From assembly GCA_963813535.1 (NCBI GenBank), contig CAWEZH010000002.1, forward strand, positions 960,001-1,024,000: a DNA stretch of 64,000 nt. Direction: 5' to 3'. The translations under genes were made by a program, and so were the position numbers. Below are positions 29,065-38,666 of this stretch, piece by piece. Every line of letters begins with the position of its first letter. Position 1 is the stretch's first letter. The DNA comes from an uncultured Chloroflexia bacterium. Its GTDB lineage: Bacteria; Chloroflexota; Limnocylindria; Limnocylindrales; CSP1-4. A model generated the notes under the pieces. The model searched no databases, had not been told where the DNA came from, and saw only the letters and a list, made by a program, of their open reading frames with translations.

Positions 29065-30102
29065 TCAGTCCTGCATCGGCGAGTACTCGGTGGCGGCGAG
29101 GAACGTCGCAGGCTCCTTGATGAACCGCGTTCGGCAACCGATCGAGCAGAACGCATAGACGATACCGTCGTGCTCGGCGAGATGCCGGGCATGCGCCGCC
29201 TCGACGGTCATCCCGCACACCGGATCGGTGAGCACGATGTCGTCGACGACCGGCTCGAGCGTGATCGATGGCGGCAGGCCGCCGGCGACGGTCGCCGGTC
29301 CCGGCGAGGCCACGAAGTCGGCACGACCACGTCGGACCTGGACGAGCTCGGCGAGGATCGACAGGGCGACCTCCTCCGCGGTCTCGGCCCCGATATCGAG
29401 CCCCGCCGGTGCTCGGAGTGCCGCGATGCGCTCATCGCCGACCGTCGTCTCCTCGCGCAACCAGTCGCGGACGACGGCCGACCGAGTCGGCGACGCGACG
29501 AGACCGACGTAGGCCGACTCGCGTGTGAGCGCCAGGCCCACGGCCTCCTCGTCCCAGATGCCCTGGCTGGCGACGACGACGTAGGGCGCGACACCCGGGT
29601 CGAGGCCGCGGATGTCGGCCGATCGGTGGACGCGCACACCAGGGAACGCATCGGGTTCGGCGATCGGGTCGATGACCGTCACTTGCCAACGCGCGGCCGC
29701 ACCGAGCGCGGCCAGCGCGCCGGCGATCGGCGTCGTCCCGATGATCCAGAGGTGCGCGGCGGGCAGATGGGGTTCCACGTAGATCTCCAGCGTGCCACCC
29801 GAGTGGCAGGTCATGACGAGCTCGATGACGCCATCGGCTCGGCGGCCCTCGCCCGGACCGTCGCGCGACAGCCGGAGCAATCGCGGCTGGCCGTCGCCCA
29901 GGGCGCGGAGCGCCTCGCGGACGACGACCGGTTGGGCGCAACTCCCACCGACCCAGCCCTCGATGCTGCCGTCCGGATGGACGATCCCGCTCGCGCCCGG
30001 GCGTGCCGATGTCGGACGGCGAACGGCCACCACGGTGGCGACCGCGAATGGTCGGCCGGCCGCCTCGAGCTCGGCTGCGCGTGCGAAGGTCGACGCCGTC
30101 AT
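29065..30102 (-). CDS. coxF: XdhC/CoxF-family maturation factor with C-terminal YHS/TRASH domain
   Basis: GWVGGSCAQP, MTCHSGG, PAGLDIGA, then DPVCGMTV...YAFCSIGC. Confidence 0.8.
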   Translation of the reverse strand: MTASTFARAAELEAAGRPFAVATVVAVRRPTSARPGASGIVHPDGSIEGWVGGSCAQPVVVREALRALGDGQPRLLRLSRDGPGEGRRADGVIELVMTCHSGGTLEIYVEPHLPAAHLWIIGTTPIAGALAALGAAARWQVTVIDPIAEPDAFPGVRVHRSADIRGLDPGVAPYVVVASQGIWDEEAVGLALTRESAYVGLVASPTRSAVVRDWLREETTVGDERIAALRAPAGLDIGAETAEEVALSILAELVQVRRGRADFVASPGPATVAGGLPPSITLEPVVDDIVLTDPVCGMTVEAAHARHLAEHDGIVYAFCSIGCRTRFIKEPATFLAATEYSPMQD

Positions 30103-30118
30103 CGCTCCGCGCGGCGGC

Positions 30119-32512
30119 CTACGCGAGCCCCTTGTCGTGCAGGATCGCCCAGACCTTCTGGGGCGTGATCGGGATATCGATGTTGCGGACGCCGAGGTGC
30201 CACAACGCGTCGACGACAGCGTTCGCGATGGCCGGTGGCGCCCCGACCGTCGCCGACTCGCCGACGCCCTTCGCGCCGATGGGATGGTGCGGCGACGGCG
30301 TCACCGTCTTCTCGAGCTCCCAGGCCGGGGTCTCGACCGCGGTGGGGAGCAGGTAGTCCATGAACGTGCCGGCCATGTTGTTGCCCAACTCGTCGTACGT
30401 GATCTCCTCGTACAGGGCCGGCGCGAGGCCCATCGTCAGCCCGCCGTGGATCTGCCCGTCGACGATCATCGGGTTGATGATGTTGCCGCAGTCGTCGACC
30501 GCCACGAAACGGCGGATCTTGACCTGCCCGGTGGGCTTGTCGATGTCGACCACGCAGATATAGCTTCCGAACGGGAACGTCAGGTTCGGCGGGTCGTAGT
30601 AGTCGACCGCCTCGAGGCCGGCTTCCATCCCCTGCGGATGGTTCGTGTACGCGGCGAAGGCGATGTCCTGGATGGTCTTGAACCGATCCGGTGAGCCCTT
30701 GACGCTGAACTTGCCGGGCTCCCATTCCAGGTCGTCCTCGGACGCCTCGAGCAAGTGGGCGGCGAGCTTGCGCGCCTTGTCGCGGATCTTGCGCGAGGCC
30801 ATGGCCGTCGCCGCGCCGGCGACGGGCGTCGAGCGCGAGGCGTACGTGCCGAGCCCGTAGGGCGCGGTGTCGGTGTCGCCGTACTCGATCTTGATGTCGC
30901 CGACCGGGAAGCCGAGCTCCTCGGCGATGATCTGGGCGAACGTCGTCTCGTGCCCTTGTCCCTGCGTCTGGACACCGATGCGGGCCAGGACCTTGCCCGT
31001 CGGGTGGACCCGGATCTCGCACGAGTCGAACATCTTCAGCCCGAGGATGTCGAAGTCGTGCGAGGGCCCGGCGCCGACGATCTCGGTGAAGCTGCTGATG
31101 CCGATGCCCATCAGCTCGCCGCGCTCGCGCTTCTCGGCCTGCTCCTTGCGAAGCTCGTCGTAGCCGATCAGGTCGAGCGCCTTCTGCAGCGCGGTGCCGT
31201 AGTCGCCAGAGTCGTATTCCCAGCCGGTGGGCGTCTTGTAGGGGAACTGCTCGGGTCTGATGAAGTTCTCCATGCGGAGCTGGGCCGGGTCCTTGCCGAT
31301 CTCGTGGGCGAGCACGTCGACGATCCGCTCGACGGCATGGACCGCTTCGGTGACGCGGAATGAGCAGCGGTACGCGACGCCGCCGGGCGGCTTGTTCGTG
31401 TACACGCCGTCGACCTCGACGAAGGCGTTGTCGAAGTCATACGAGCCGGTGATGACGTTGAACAGGCCGGCCGGGAACTTCGACGGGTCGGCCGCCGCGT
31501 CCGTGTAGCCGTGGTCGGCGATCGTCTTGACCTTCATCGCCTGGATGCGCCCTTCCTTGGACGCGCCGACCTCGATGTCGATGTGGTAGTCGCGGGCGAA
31601 CGAGTCCGCCTGGAGGTTCTCCGAGCGGTCCTCGATCCACTTGACCGGCTTGCCGATGAGGAACGAGGCGGCGACCGCCAGGACGTAGCCCGGATAGACC
31701 GGCACCTTGCCGCCGAACCCACCCCCGATGTCGTGGGTCTTCACCCGGATGTTCTGCTCGGAGATGGGCAGACCGGCCCCGGCGGCGACCAGGGCGACGA
31801 CGGTCCGGATGGCATGTGGCGCCTGGGACGTCATGTGCAGGGTCAACTGACTGCGGATCGGATCCCAGTCCGCGACGCAGCCACACGTCTCGATCGACGC
31901 GACGTGGATGCGCGGGATGTACATGTGTTCCTTGACCCGCACAGCGGAGGCGGCGAGGGCCGCGTCGGCCTTGTCGGCATCACCGGATGCCCAGTGCCAG
32001 ATGTGGTTGGTCTGCTTGTCCTCCCCGCGGTCGGGTCGCAATACCGGGGCGCCCGGCTCGAGGGCCTTGTACGGGTCGGTGACGACGGGCAGCGGCTCGT
32101 AGTCGACGAGGACCGCCGCCACCCCGTCGGCCGCGGCATAGCGCGACGTGGCGATGACCGCGGCGACCTCCTGACTCTGGTACATCACGGTGTCGGTCGG
32201 GAGCACCATCTGCATGTCGCCGGCAAGGGTCGGCATCCAGTGGAGCTTGTAGCCCTCCAGGTCCTTGCCGGTGATCACCGCCAGCACGCCCGGGACCTTG
32301 AGGGCCTCGCTGGAATCGATGCTCTTGATGGTCGCGTGCGCATACGGCGAGCGGGCGATGTCGAGCCAGAGCTGGCCCGGCAGGTTGACGTCGTCGATGT
32401 ACTCACCGGCGCCGCGGATGAAGCGCGGATCCTCCTTGCGCTTGACCGAATGACCCATGCCACCGATCTCGGGGCTGGTCCGGAGCTCGCGGGGGGCTTC
32501 CTCTGTCGTCAT
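30119..32512 (-). CDS. coxL: Aerobic Mo-Cu CO dehydrogenase large subunit, form I
   Basis: Active-site loop VAYRCSFR; GGGFGGK, QGQGHET, GAKGVGES; gene order M-S-L. Confidence 0.95.
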   Translation of the reverse strand: MTTEEAPRELRTSPEIGGMGHSVKRKEDPRFIRGAGEYIDDVNLPGQLWLDIARSPYAHATIKSIDSSEALKVPGVLAVITGKDLEGYKLHWMPTLAGDMQMVLPTDTVMYQSQEVAAVIATSRYAAADGVAAVLVDYEPLPVVTDPYKALEPGAPVLRPDRGEDKQTNHIWHWASGDADKADAALAASAVRVKEHMYIPRIHVASIETCGCVADWDPIRSQLTLHMTSQAPHAIRTVVALVAAGAGLPISEQNIRVKTHDIGGGFGGKVPVYPGYVLAVAASFLIGKPVKWIEDRSENLQADSFARDYHIDIEVGASKEGRIQAMKVKTIADHGYTDAAADPSKFPAGLFNVITGSYDFDNAFVEVDGVYTNKPPGGVAYRCSFRVTEAVHAVERIVDVLAHEIGKDPAQLRMENFIRPEQFPYKTPTGWEYDSGDYGTALQKALDLIGYDELRKEQAEKRERGELMGIGISSFTEIVGAGPSHDFDILGLKMFDSCEIRVHPTGKVLARIGVQTQGQGHETTFAQIIAEELGFPVGDIKIEYGDTDTAPYGLGTYASRSTPVAGAATAMASRKIRDKARKLAAHLLEASEDDLEWEPGKFSVKGSPDRFKTIQDIAFAAYTNHPQGMEAGLEAVDYYDPPNLTFPFGSYICVVDIDKPTGQVKIRRFVAVDDCGNIINPMIVDGQIHGGLTMGLAPALYEEITYDELGNNMAGTFMDYLLPTAVETPAWELEKTVTPSPHHPIGAKGVGESATVGAPPAIANAVVDALWHLGVRNIDIPITPQKVWAILHDKGLA

Positions 32513-32527
32513 CTCGTCACTCCCCGC

Positions 32528-33079
32528 TCAACCGGCCGCTGCCGGTTCGGCCGACACGTCCTGGCCTTCGGTGGTCTCGGCGGCGACGACCGGCGCCGAC
32601 TCCTCGGCACCGAGCTGTCCGGACGCCTGCTGGATCGACTTCACGATGTTCACGTAGCCGGTACAGCGGCACAGGTTGCCGCTGATCCCCTCGCGGATCT
32701 CTTCCTCGCTCGGCTTGGGGTTCTCGCCGAGCAGCCAGGCGGCCTGCATGATCATCCCCGGCGTACAGAACCCGCATTGCAGCCCGTGCTGGTCCCAGAA
32801 CGCCTGCTGGAGCGGATGGAGATTGGCGCCGTCGGCCATGCCCTCGATGGTCTTGACCTCGCGCCCGTCGGCCTGGATCGCGAGCATCGTGCAGGCCTTG
32901 GCGCTCATCCCATCGACGTGAACGGTGCATGCCCCGCAGTTGCTCGTGTCGCAACCGATGTGGGTGCCGGTGAGCCCGAACGTATCCCGCAGGAGATGGA
33001 CGAGGAGGAAGCGAGGCTCGACGTCGGCCTCGTGGGCCTCGCCGTTGACCGTGACGGTGATGTGCTGTGTCGTCGTCAT
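32528..33079 (-). CDS. coxS: CO dehydrogenase small (2Fe-2S) subunit
   Basis: [26 protein letters not shown]. Confidence 0.93.
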   Translation of the reverse strand: MTTTQHITVTVNGEAHEADVEPRFLLVHLLRDTFGLTGTHIGCDTSNCGACTVHVDGMSAKACTMLAIQADGREVKTIEGMADGANLHPLQQAFWDQHGLQCGFCTPGMIMQAAWLLGENPKPSEEEIREGISGNLCRCTGYVNIVKSIQQASGQLGAEESAPVVAAETTEGQDVSAEPAAAG

Positions 33080-33091
33080 GTCGTCGGTCCC

Positions 33092-33967
33092 CTACTCGTA
33101 CGCGAGCGCGCGCTGGACGGCTGACCGCACCGAGCGGACCGTCATCTCGGCGGCGAGGGCCCGCTTGTACTCGACCGGGCCCCGGATGTCCGCGGCAGGA
33201 CGGGCCTGCTGCGCCGCAGCCTGGCCAGCCGCCCGGAACAACTCCTCGGACGGGCGCTGGCCCGTCAGCACGGCTTCGGCGTCGGTCGCCGCGAACGGCG
33301 AATCGGCGACGCCGGTCACGCCGACGCCCGCGCCCTCGATCGAGCCGTCCTCGCCGAGACGGACGCCGGCAGCGACGCCACACGTCGCGAAGTCGCCGAC
33401 CCGGCGCTCGAACTTGGTGTACGCCCCGCCGGCTCGCTTCCAGCGGCGCGGGAAACGGATCTCGGTCAGGACCTCGGTGGGCTCGATGGCGGTCGAGAAC
33501 GTGTCGAGGAAGAAGTCGCGGGCACCGATCTCGCGATGACCACCCGCACTCTTGCACACGAGAGTGGCACTCACCGCCAGCAGCAGCGCTGGCCAGTCGC
33601 TGGCCGGGTCGGCGTGGGCCACGGATCCGCCGATCGTGCCCCAGTTGCGGACCTGCGGGTCGCCGATGCCGCCCGACAGGTCGACGATGCCCGGGTAGTG
33701 ATCCTGGACGATCGGGTCGTCGTGGATCTGCCGATGCGTGGCTCGTGCGCCGATGACCAGGTGGTCGTCGGTCTCGACGATGCCGTCGAGCCCGGTGAGG
33801 TCACGCATGTCGACGAGAAGCGACGGCTGGGCGAGTCGGAGCTTGATGAGCGGGATCAGGCTGTAGCCACCCGACAGCAGCTTCGCCTCGCCTTCCCTGT
33901 CCCGCAGGATCGTCAACGTCTGGTCCAGGTCGCCGGGACGCACATAGTCGAACTGGCCGGGGATCAT
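33092..33967 (-). CDS. coxM: CO dehydrogenase medium (FAD) subunit
   Basis: MIPGQFDY, SGGYSLIPL, QVRNWGTIGGS..HADP. Confidence 0.93.
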   Translation of the reverse strand: MIPGQFDYVRPGDLDQTLTILRDREGEAKLLSGGYSLIPLIKLRLAQPSLLVDMRDLTGLDGIVETDDHLVIGARATHRQIHDDPIVQDHYPGIVDLSGGIGDPQVRNWGTIGGSVAHADPASDWPALLLAVSATLVCKSAGGHREIGARDFFLDTFSTAIEPTEVLTEIRFPRRWKRAGGAYTKFERRVGDFATCGVAAGVRLGEDGSIEGAGVGVTGVADSPFAATDAEAVLTGQRPSEELFRAAGQAAAQQARPAADIRGPVEYKRALAAEMTVRSVRSAVQRALAYE

Positions 33968-34063
33968 CGCGCTGCCTGCCTCCTCCCGCTCGACGGCGGG
34001 GCATGGGGCCTGCCCGTGTCCGGCGCGGACCGGCCGAGAGCGTGTCCGATGACGGTGGCGCGG

Positions 34064-34094
34064 GGCACCGAGTCGCTTCCTCCGACTCGGTGCC
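34064..34094. other. Perfect 12-bp stem-loop in the putative coxM 5' leader
   Basis: GGCACCGAGTCG / 7-nt loop / CGACTCGGTGCC. Confidence 0.7.
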
Positions 34095-34116
34095 GATGTG
34101 GCGGGTTGGTTCGGCG

Positions 34117-34146
34117 AGTATCCGCCTCGGGTCGTTGGCGCGTCAA
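34117..34146 (-). promoter_or_regulatory. Putative sigma70 promoter for coxMSL
   Basis: Minus strand TTGACG-N18-GATACT. Confidence 0.45.
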
Positions 34147-34233
34147 CGTTCTGGGAGTCGTTGCGGCGGTGCCGGGGGTCGCCGCCGGCCGGTCGGGTTC
34201 GTGCCAGCTCCTGGTTCCGGCCCCCGCCGGTCC

Positions 34234-34577
34234 TTGGAACATGACGTGTTACGTCCGACCGGCGAAGGCTCGTTCACGGCCGGTTCAGCGGTCGTTTGTA
34301 ACGTCACGTGTTACGGATGACCGAAAAAGGCCTGTTTCGCGGGGTCGCGGCCGCGCCCGGCGGTCGCTCGTAACACGTGATGTTCCAGATGCGGCTGAGC
34401 AAGGCCCGTCGGCCCGTGGAACATCACGATGTTCCGACCGACCGGCGGGGCAGCCTGCCTGTGCCTCTCATCCGACGTTTGGAACGTCGGGGCGTTCCAA
34501 ACGACCGAGGAGGGCCCAGATCCGGCCCTCCTCGTGATTTCGGCGGTCACTTGGAACATCGGGATGTTCCAGATGCG
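34234..34577. repeat. Array of six GKAAC-N7/8-GTTMC palindromes arranged as two ~183-bp triplets
   Basis: Boxes start at 34236, 34298, 34370, 34418, 34481 and 34553; units 1/4, 2/5 and 3/6 share flanks. Confidence 0.8.
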
Positions 34578-34584
34578 ATCAGCC

Positions 34585-35325
34585 CTAGGCGACCGTCATC
34601 GACGCACCCGTCTCGAGGGCCGTCTTCAGCCCGGACACGATGTACACGACGCCACCGCTGAACTCGCTCTCGGTCTTCGATCCCGGCGTCAGCGCCGAGG
34701 TCACGACCAGCTTGGTGGGAGCGCCGTCGCCCTCCCCGGGCTCGATCGCCCAGGTCATGCGGATCGGACCCTCGGCTTCGATGTCGGGCGCCCAGCGGGC
34801 GTGGAAAGACATCACGACCCGACGCCCGGGCTCGATCTCCAGGACGGAGCCGTCGGCGGCGATGCTGCCGTCGGGAGAGACGTACGTGATCGGTGCCCCG
34901 ACCTCCCAGGTCGAGGAGACGCGGGTGCCGAAGTAGTAGCGGACGATCTCGTCGCCGTCGGTGATGGCGCGCCAGACGCTCTCCGGGGGCGCCTTGATGT
35001 AGACGGAATAGACGTGATCGACCGTGGTCATCGGGGCCTCCAGGTGGCGTTTGAGTGCGGTCATCGGTCCTACGACCGATTCCGCGAACTTGCTGGTCCA
35101 TCGATCGTGGACGAGGCGGATCGGCACGGGGTCGAGGTAGTGGCGCTTCTCCCGGCCGACGCGTCGGGTCGAGATGAGGCCGGCTCCCTCCAGGACACCG
35201 AGGTGCATCATGACCCCGAAGCGGGTCATCCCGGGCAACGCCTCGCACAGCTCGCCGAGCGTCTGGCCATCGCGCTCGAAGAGCCGATCGAGAAGGACCC
35301 GCCGACTCGCGTCGCCGACGCCGAC
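34585..35325 (-). pseudogene. ArsR/SmtB HTH-SRPBCC fusion regulator, apparently 5'-truncated
   Basis: DASRRVLLDRL...GMTRFGVMMHL.VLE.AGL...GREKRHYL followed by an SRPBCC domain; the usual M..VFKAL start is replaced by unrelated sequence. Confidence 0.7.
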
Positions 35326-35695
35326 GGCCCAGCGCGACGCCCGGCTGCGAGCCTGGCTGGCCAAGTGGGACACCCGCGTCGCGACGCAACTCAGCCGTCA
35401 CGCGTACCGGACCGTGACCAAGACAACGGGTGGGATTGAGACGGCGCTCAAGGTGCTCGAGCGGAAGATCCACCACCGCCGGCACATGTTCGCGAACCGC
35501 GCTCGGACCAATCTGATGCTGAAGTTGATGACCCTCGAGGCGCGTGGCGCCTTCGACGAGCGCGGCTGGTCAGCGACGGTCCGGACCTGGCTCGTCCCGC
35601 GGGGCGGGCGACCGCCGATCCCGCGTCAGATCACCGACCACGTCGGCGGGCCACGGAAGAGGAGTTCCCTGCGCCAGGGTGGGGCGTCCAAGTAG
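35325..35695 (+). mobile_element. Probable 3' remnant of a transposase-like gene
   Basis: TTGGIETAL...RRHMFANRARTNLML resembles the T..E..RR.F.N C-terminal DDE region; no plausible start; abuts the truncated ArsR gene. Confidence 0.4.
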
Positions 35696-35709
35696 GTCAG
35701 CGCCCAGTC

Positions 35710-36405
35710 CTACCAGTCGAGTTTCAGGGTGCCGGCGCGCCACTCGTTCAGGATCCACTTGGCATCGAAGGATCCGGTCGCCTCCATCTCCTCCAGCAAC
35801 CGGACAGCCTCGTCAGGGTGCGATGGCAGCGAGTGGGTGACGGCCGCCTCACGAACCGCGGGATGGTCGTGACTCCGAAGTTCCCAGAGCCCGTCGCGAC
35901 CCTCGTCCGAGAGCCGCAGGTGCATGTAGAGGTCGTGGTTGCGATCGAACAGGCGGTTCGCTCGTGCGACCTTCGAAGACTTCATTGCAGAGTCGCGCTC
36001 CAAGGCGGTCGTCGTGTACTCAGCCAGCATGTCTGGGACGCTCCGAGGAAGGCGCGGCGGCTGTTCGCGGGGAGCCGCGTGCTTCGCGATCTTGTCGCCG
36101 AGCAGGGCGTCAGGTACCGAGTCGGTGTAGCGACTGCCCAGGTCTTCGAGAGCGGCCGCGGCCTCGTCCGACATCCCATCGACCATCGCCCGTCGAGTGT
36201 CTGGGTCCGCTTCAGCGGAGCCTGGGATGAGGTCGATGCCAGCCCTGATGAGGTTGGCCGCGGCGTCGAGATCAAGGAGAACGAACGCGGCTACGACCTC
36301 ATCCAAGCGAGAAGGCGCCGTCTCGAACGAATTGAGGAAGCCACCGTTCATCGTGAGGCCGTGGAACTGGATGGCGACCTCCGCCAACTCCTCTCGTCGA
36401 TCCAC
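35710..36405 (-). CDS. Hypothetical two-domain protein (DMP19/DUF4375-like plus DUF2019-like)
   Basis: N-terminal FHGLTMNGGF; C-terminal ANRLF...H.HPAVREAA...L.EW.AG.L pattern. Family calls are from recollection only. Confidence 0.55.
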   Translation of the reverse strand: MDRREELAEVAIQFHGLTMNGGFLNSFETAPSRLDEVVAAFVLLDLDAAANLIRAGIDLIPGSAEADPDTRRAMVDGMSDEAAAALEDLGSRYTDSVPDALLGDKIAKHAAPREQPPRLPRSVPDMLAEYTTTALERDSAMKSSKVARANRLFDRNHDLYMHLRLSDEGRDGLWELRSHDHPAVREAAVTHSLPSHPDEAVRLLEEMEATGSFDAKWILNEWRAGTLKLDW

Positions 36406-36664
36406 GATCCAACGATAGTGACGACGGACCGACCATGAGTTCGCCGATCTCGCTCGTTCCTACGCTCAGCGACGCCGACAGCGAAGTCGAGCTGACCGCT
36501 TGGGATTGCCGAGTCCGAGTTCGTTGCGGTGAGATCTCCTGTGTGGCCGAGACGGAATTGGGGGGTGCCACAGGCCTGCCGAGTTGCACTTCGCTGAGAC
36601 TTGCACCCCTGCGGCGGGGAACCAGAGACGCAGCCGCGCCAGCGTCCTAGGCATCCGGTAGCCC

Positions 36665-37474
36665 TCAGGGCCGCGCAACGAGGATGTGCGTGCGCATCGG
36701 ATATTCGAGCCGGCCGTTTCTGACATAGGGCTCGAGCGCGGCGCTCACGTCGCTGGCGAAGACGGATCGCCCCGCCTCGGGCAGGCGCGCGACCGCATGG
36801 CGCGTGGAAGGCGACCCGATCGTCATGCCGTCGAGAAAAGTGCTTATCGACTCGAAGCGCGACGTGCCGTCTTCGGTCTGGAGGGCGATCTGCCTGAACC
36901 CGGCGAGCACGGCCGCCGCGCGTATCTCTTCGGGGTCGGCAAAAGAACACGCGCGCTTAGCCGCAGTGGCATCGACACCCTGCCGCTCCAGTGCGGCTAC
37001 AACGGCGCGATGCCCCGCGTTTGCTTCGAGCGGTCCCCAGATGCTCGCGACGAGGCGACCCGTCGGTTTGAGAACGCGCCGCAGCTCCGCGAGACCCGCG
37101 GTGCGGTCGGGCAGGAACTGCAGACCCTGCAGGCACAGGCACAGGTCGAACGACGCCACGTCGAAGGGCATGGAGAGCGCGCTCGCACAGTGCCATTGGA
37201 TCGGCACGGCGCAGCGCCCGGCGGATTTGCGCGCAACTTCGATCATCCCTTGATCGATGTCGAGCCCCGCAATCCTGCCCGTGCCGCCAGATATTTCTGC
37301 GACGAGCCGCGCACCGATCCCGGTGCCGCATGCGACGTCGAGGACGTTCTCGTCGGGCTGCGGCGCGGCGATCCGCACAAGCATCTCCGCCCAATGGAGA
37401 AACATGCCGGGCACCATGTATTTCTCATAGGCTTCGGCCGCTGTCGTAGCGACGGATTGATCCGGTGTGGACAT
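36665..37474 (-). CDS. Class I SAM-dependent methyltransferase
   Basis: YEKYMVP, VLDVACGTG, FDLCLCLQGLQFLPDR, RRVLKP.G. Confidence 0.88.
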   Translation of the reverse strand: MSTPDQSVATTAAEAYEKYMVPGMFLHWAEMLVRIAAPQPDENVLDVACGTGIGARLVAEISGGTGRIAGLDIDQGMIEVARKSAGRCAVPIQWHCASALSMPFDVASFDLCLCLQGLQFLPDRTAGLAELRRVLKPTGRLVASIWGPLEANAGHRAVVAALERQGVDATAAKRACSFADPEEIRAAAVLAGFRQIALQTEDGTSRFESISTFLDGMTIGSPSTRHAVARLPEAGRSVFASDVSAALEPYVRNGRLEYPMRTHILVARP

Positions 37475-37777
37475 GGTCTACTCCCGCATCGCGCGCACGC
37501 GGTTCGCTGCCGGCCGCGCCCAGCATTGCGTAAGCCACGTCTGCAGATTAGTCCTTTCGAGAGATCGAGGAACAGATAGCCGCTCGCGCTCTTGCCAGAA
37601 CGACGCATTTGGTCGAACCTCGGTCTCAACCGAAAGCGGTCAAGGCATTGCGTCCGGCCGCTCGTATCAACGTCTCCCTACCACGTCTATTTGGTCACAT
37701 GTCAAACGGGTGGTATCCGGATGTGCGTTACTGGTGGTCCTGCCTCTGCGCTATACGCGTTGGGCGTTGCCGCTCGA

Positions 37778-38206
37778 TCAGGGCGCGTCTCCGGAGTCCA
37801 GGTCCGTAGGCCAGGGAACAGCGTCACACACCACGAACGCGCCGTCAGCATTCAGGGCGGGGCTGTTGGGGTCACCATCCGAAAGCACGATGACGCGCGT
37901 TCCGGTGCTAATGCGAACAGTGCCTGTGCCGTCCAGGACCTCGAAGTGCCCGCCGTCCGTCGCCCGGATCTCCCAGCCGTCGGGCACGTCGAGCGGCACG
38001 GGGTCGGAGGGAAGGTTGTGCTGGATGCTCCTGAAGACCGGCCGCCCGTTTTCGGCAATGAGGTCACCGTGGAACTGTTCGAGCGAGCAAGCAACGTCAT
38101 TCGGAGCGTCAGCCGCCGTCCGCGACCACGCGACGAGCGAGAGTGACAGGACGAGGCCCACGGAAGTGGCAACGACCGCGCGGCGGGACGCCGTGAACGT
38201 GTGCAC
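37778..38206 (-). CDS. Hypothetical secreted protein
   Basis: Signal-like N-terminus (SRRAVVATSVGLVLSLSLVAW) and two Cys; start uncertain. Confidence 0.45.
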   Translation of the reverse strand: MHTFTASRRAVVATSVGLVLSLSLVAWSRTAADAPNDVACSLEQFHGDLIAENGRPVFRSIQHNLPSDPVPLDVPDGWEIRATDGGHFEVLDGTGTVRISTGTRVIVLSDGDPNSPALNADGAFVVCDAVPWPTDLDSGDAP

Positions 38207-38666
38207 GCCGCGATCATCCCCCAGCGTCGGCCGCGTCAATAGTCCTCTCGGCACGACTGGAATGGCCGCCACTACCTCGACCAACGCCCATAACGCACAG
38301 GTGGTCCTGTGCCTCTTGACGTGCGGCCCTCTCCGCCGAACGTGATCCCAAGTTCTCCTCGCCAGTCGGGTTCGCGACGACCCGCCATCCCGGCGTGCGT
38401 GCGTCCATGCGTAGGAGATGCGTCGTGACTGACGTTGACCCAAGAGACCGAGATTCCCGGTCTGTGCCTATGCGGGTTTGTGCCCGACCTTTACTCCTGC
38501 CCGGGCGGCTGTGCAGCCTGTAACGCCAGCCAGCGGTGCTCGTCAGAGTGGCTCGAGTGGGCATGGGTCGAAACCCAACCGTCCGGGCCGCCACGCGTTG
38601 CTCGGGACCACGAGTAACGCACAGTGGTATCCGTGTGGGCGGTGACGCCCAGCCCCATGCGGTCGG

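Noticed and set aside
34064-34094. Resemblance of GGCACCGAGTCG to the Cas9 tracrRNA 3' hairpin
   Set aside because: Only a short GC-rich match, with no anti-repeat, cas9 or array; coincidence.
34234-34570. LexA (SOS) boxes
   Set aside because: The Gram-positive/Chloroflexota box is GAAC-N4-GTTC; these have N7-N8 spacers.
34234-34577. CRISPR array
   Set aside because: The repeats are short and degenerate, spacing is irregular, spacers are related by duplication, and there are no cas genes.
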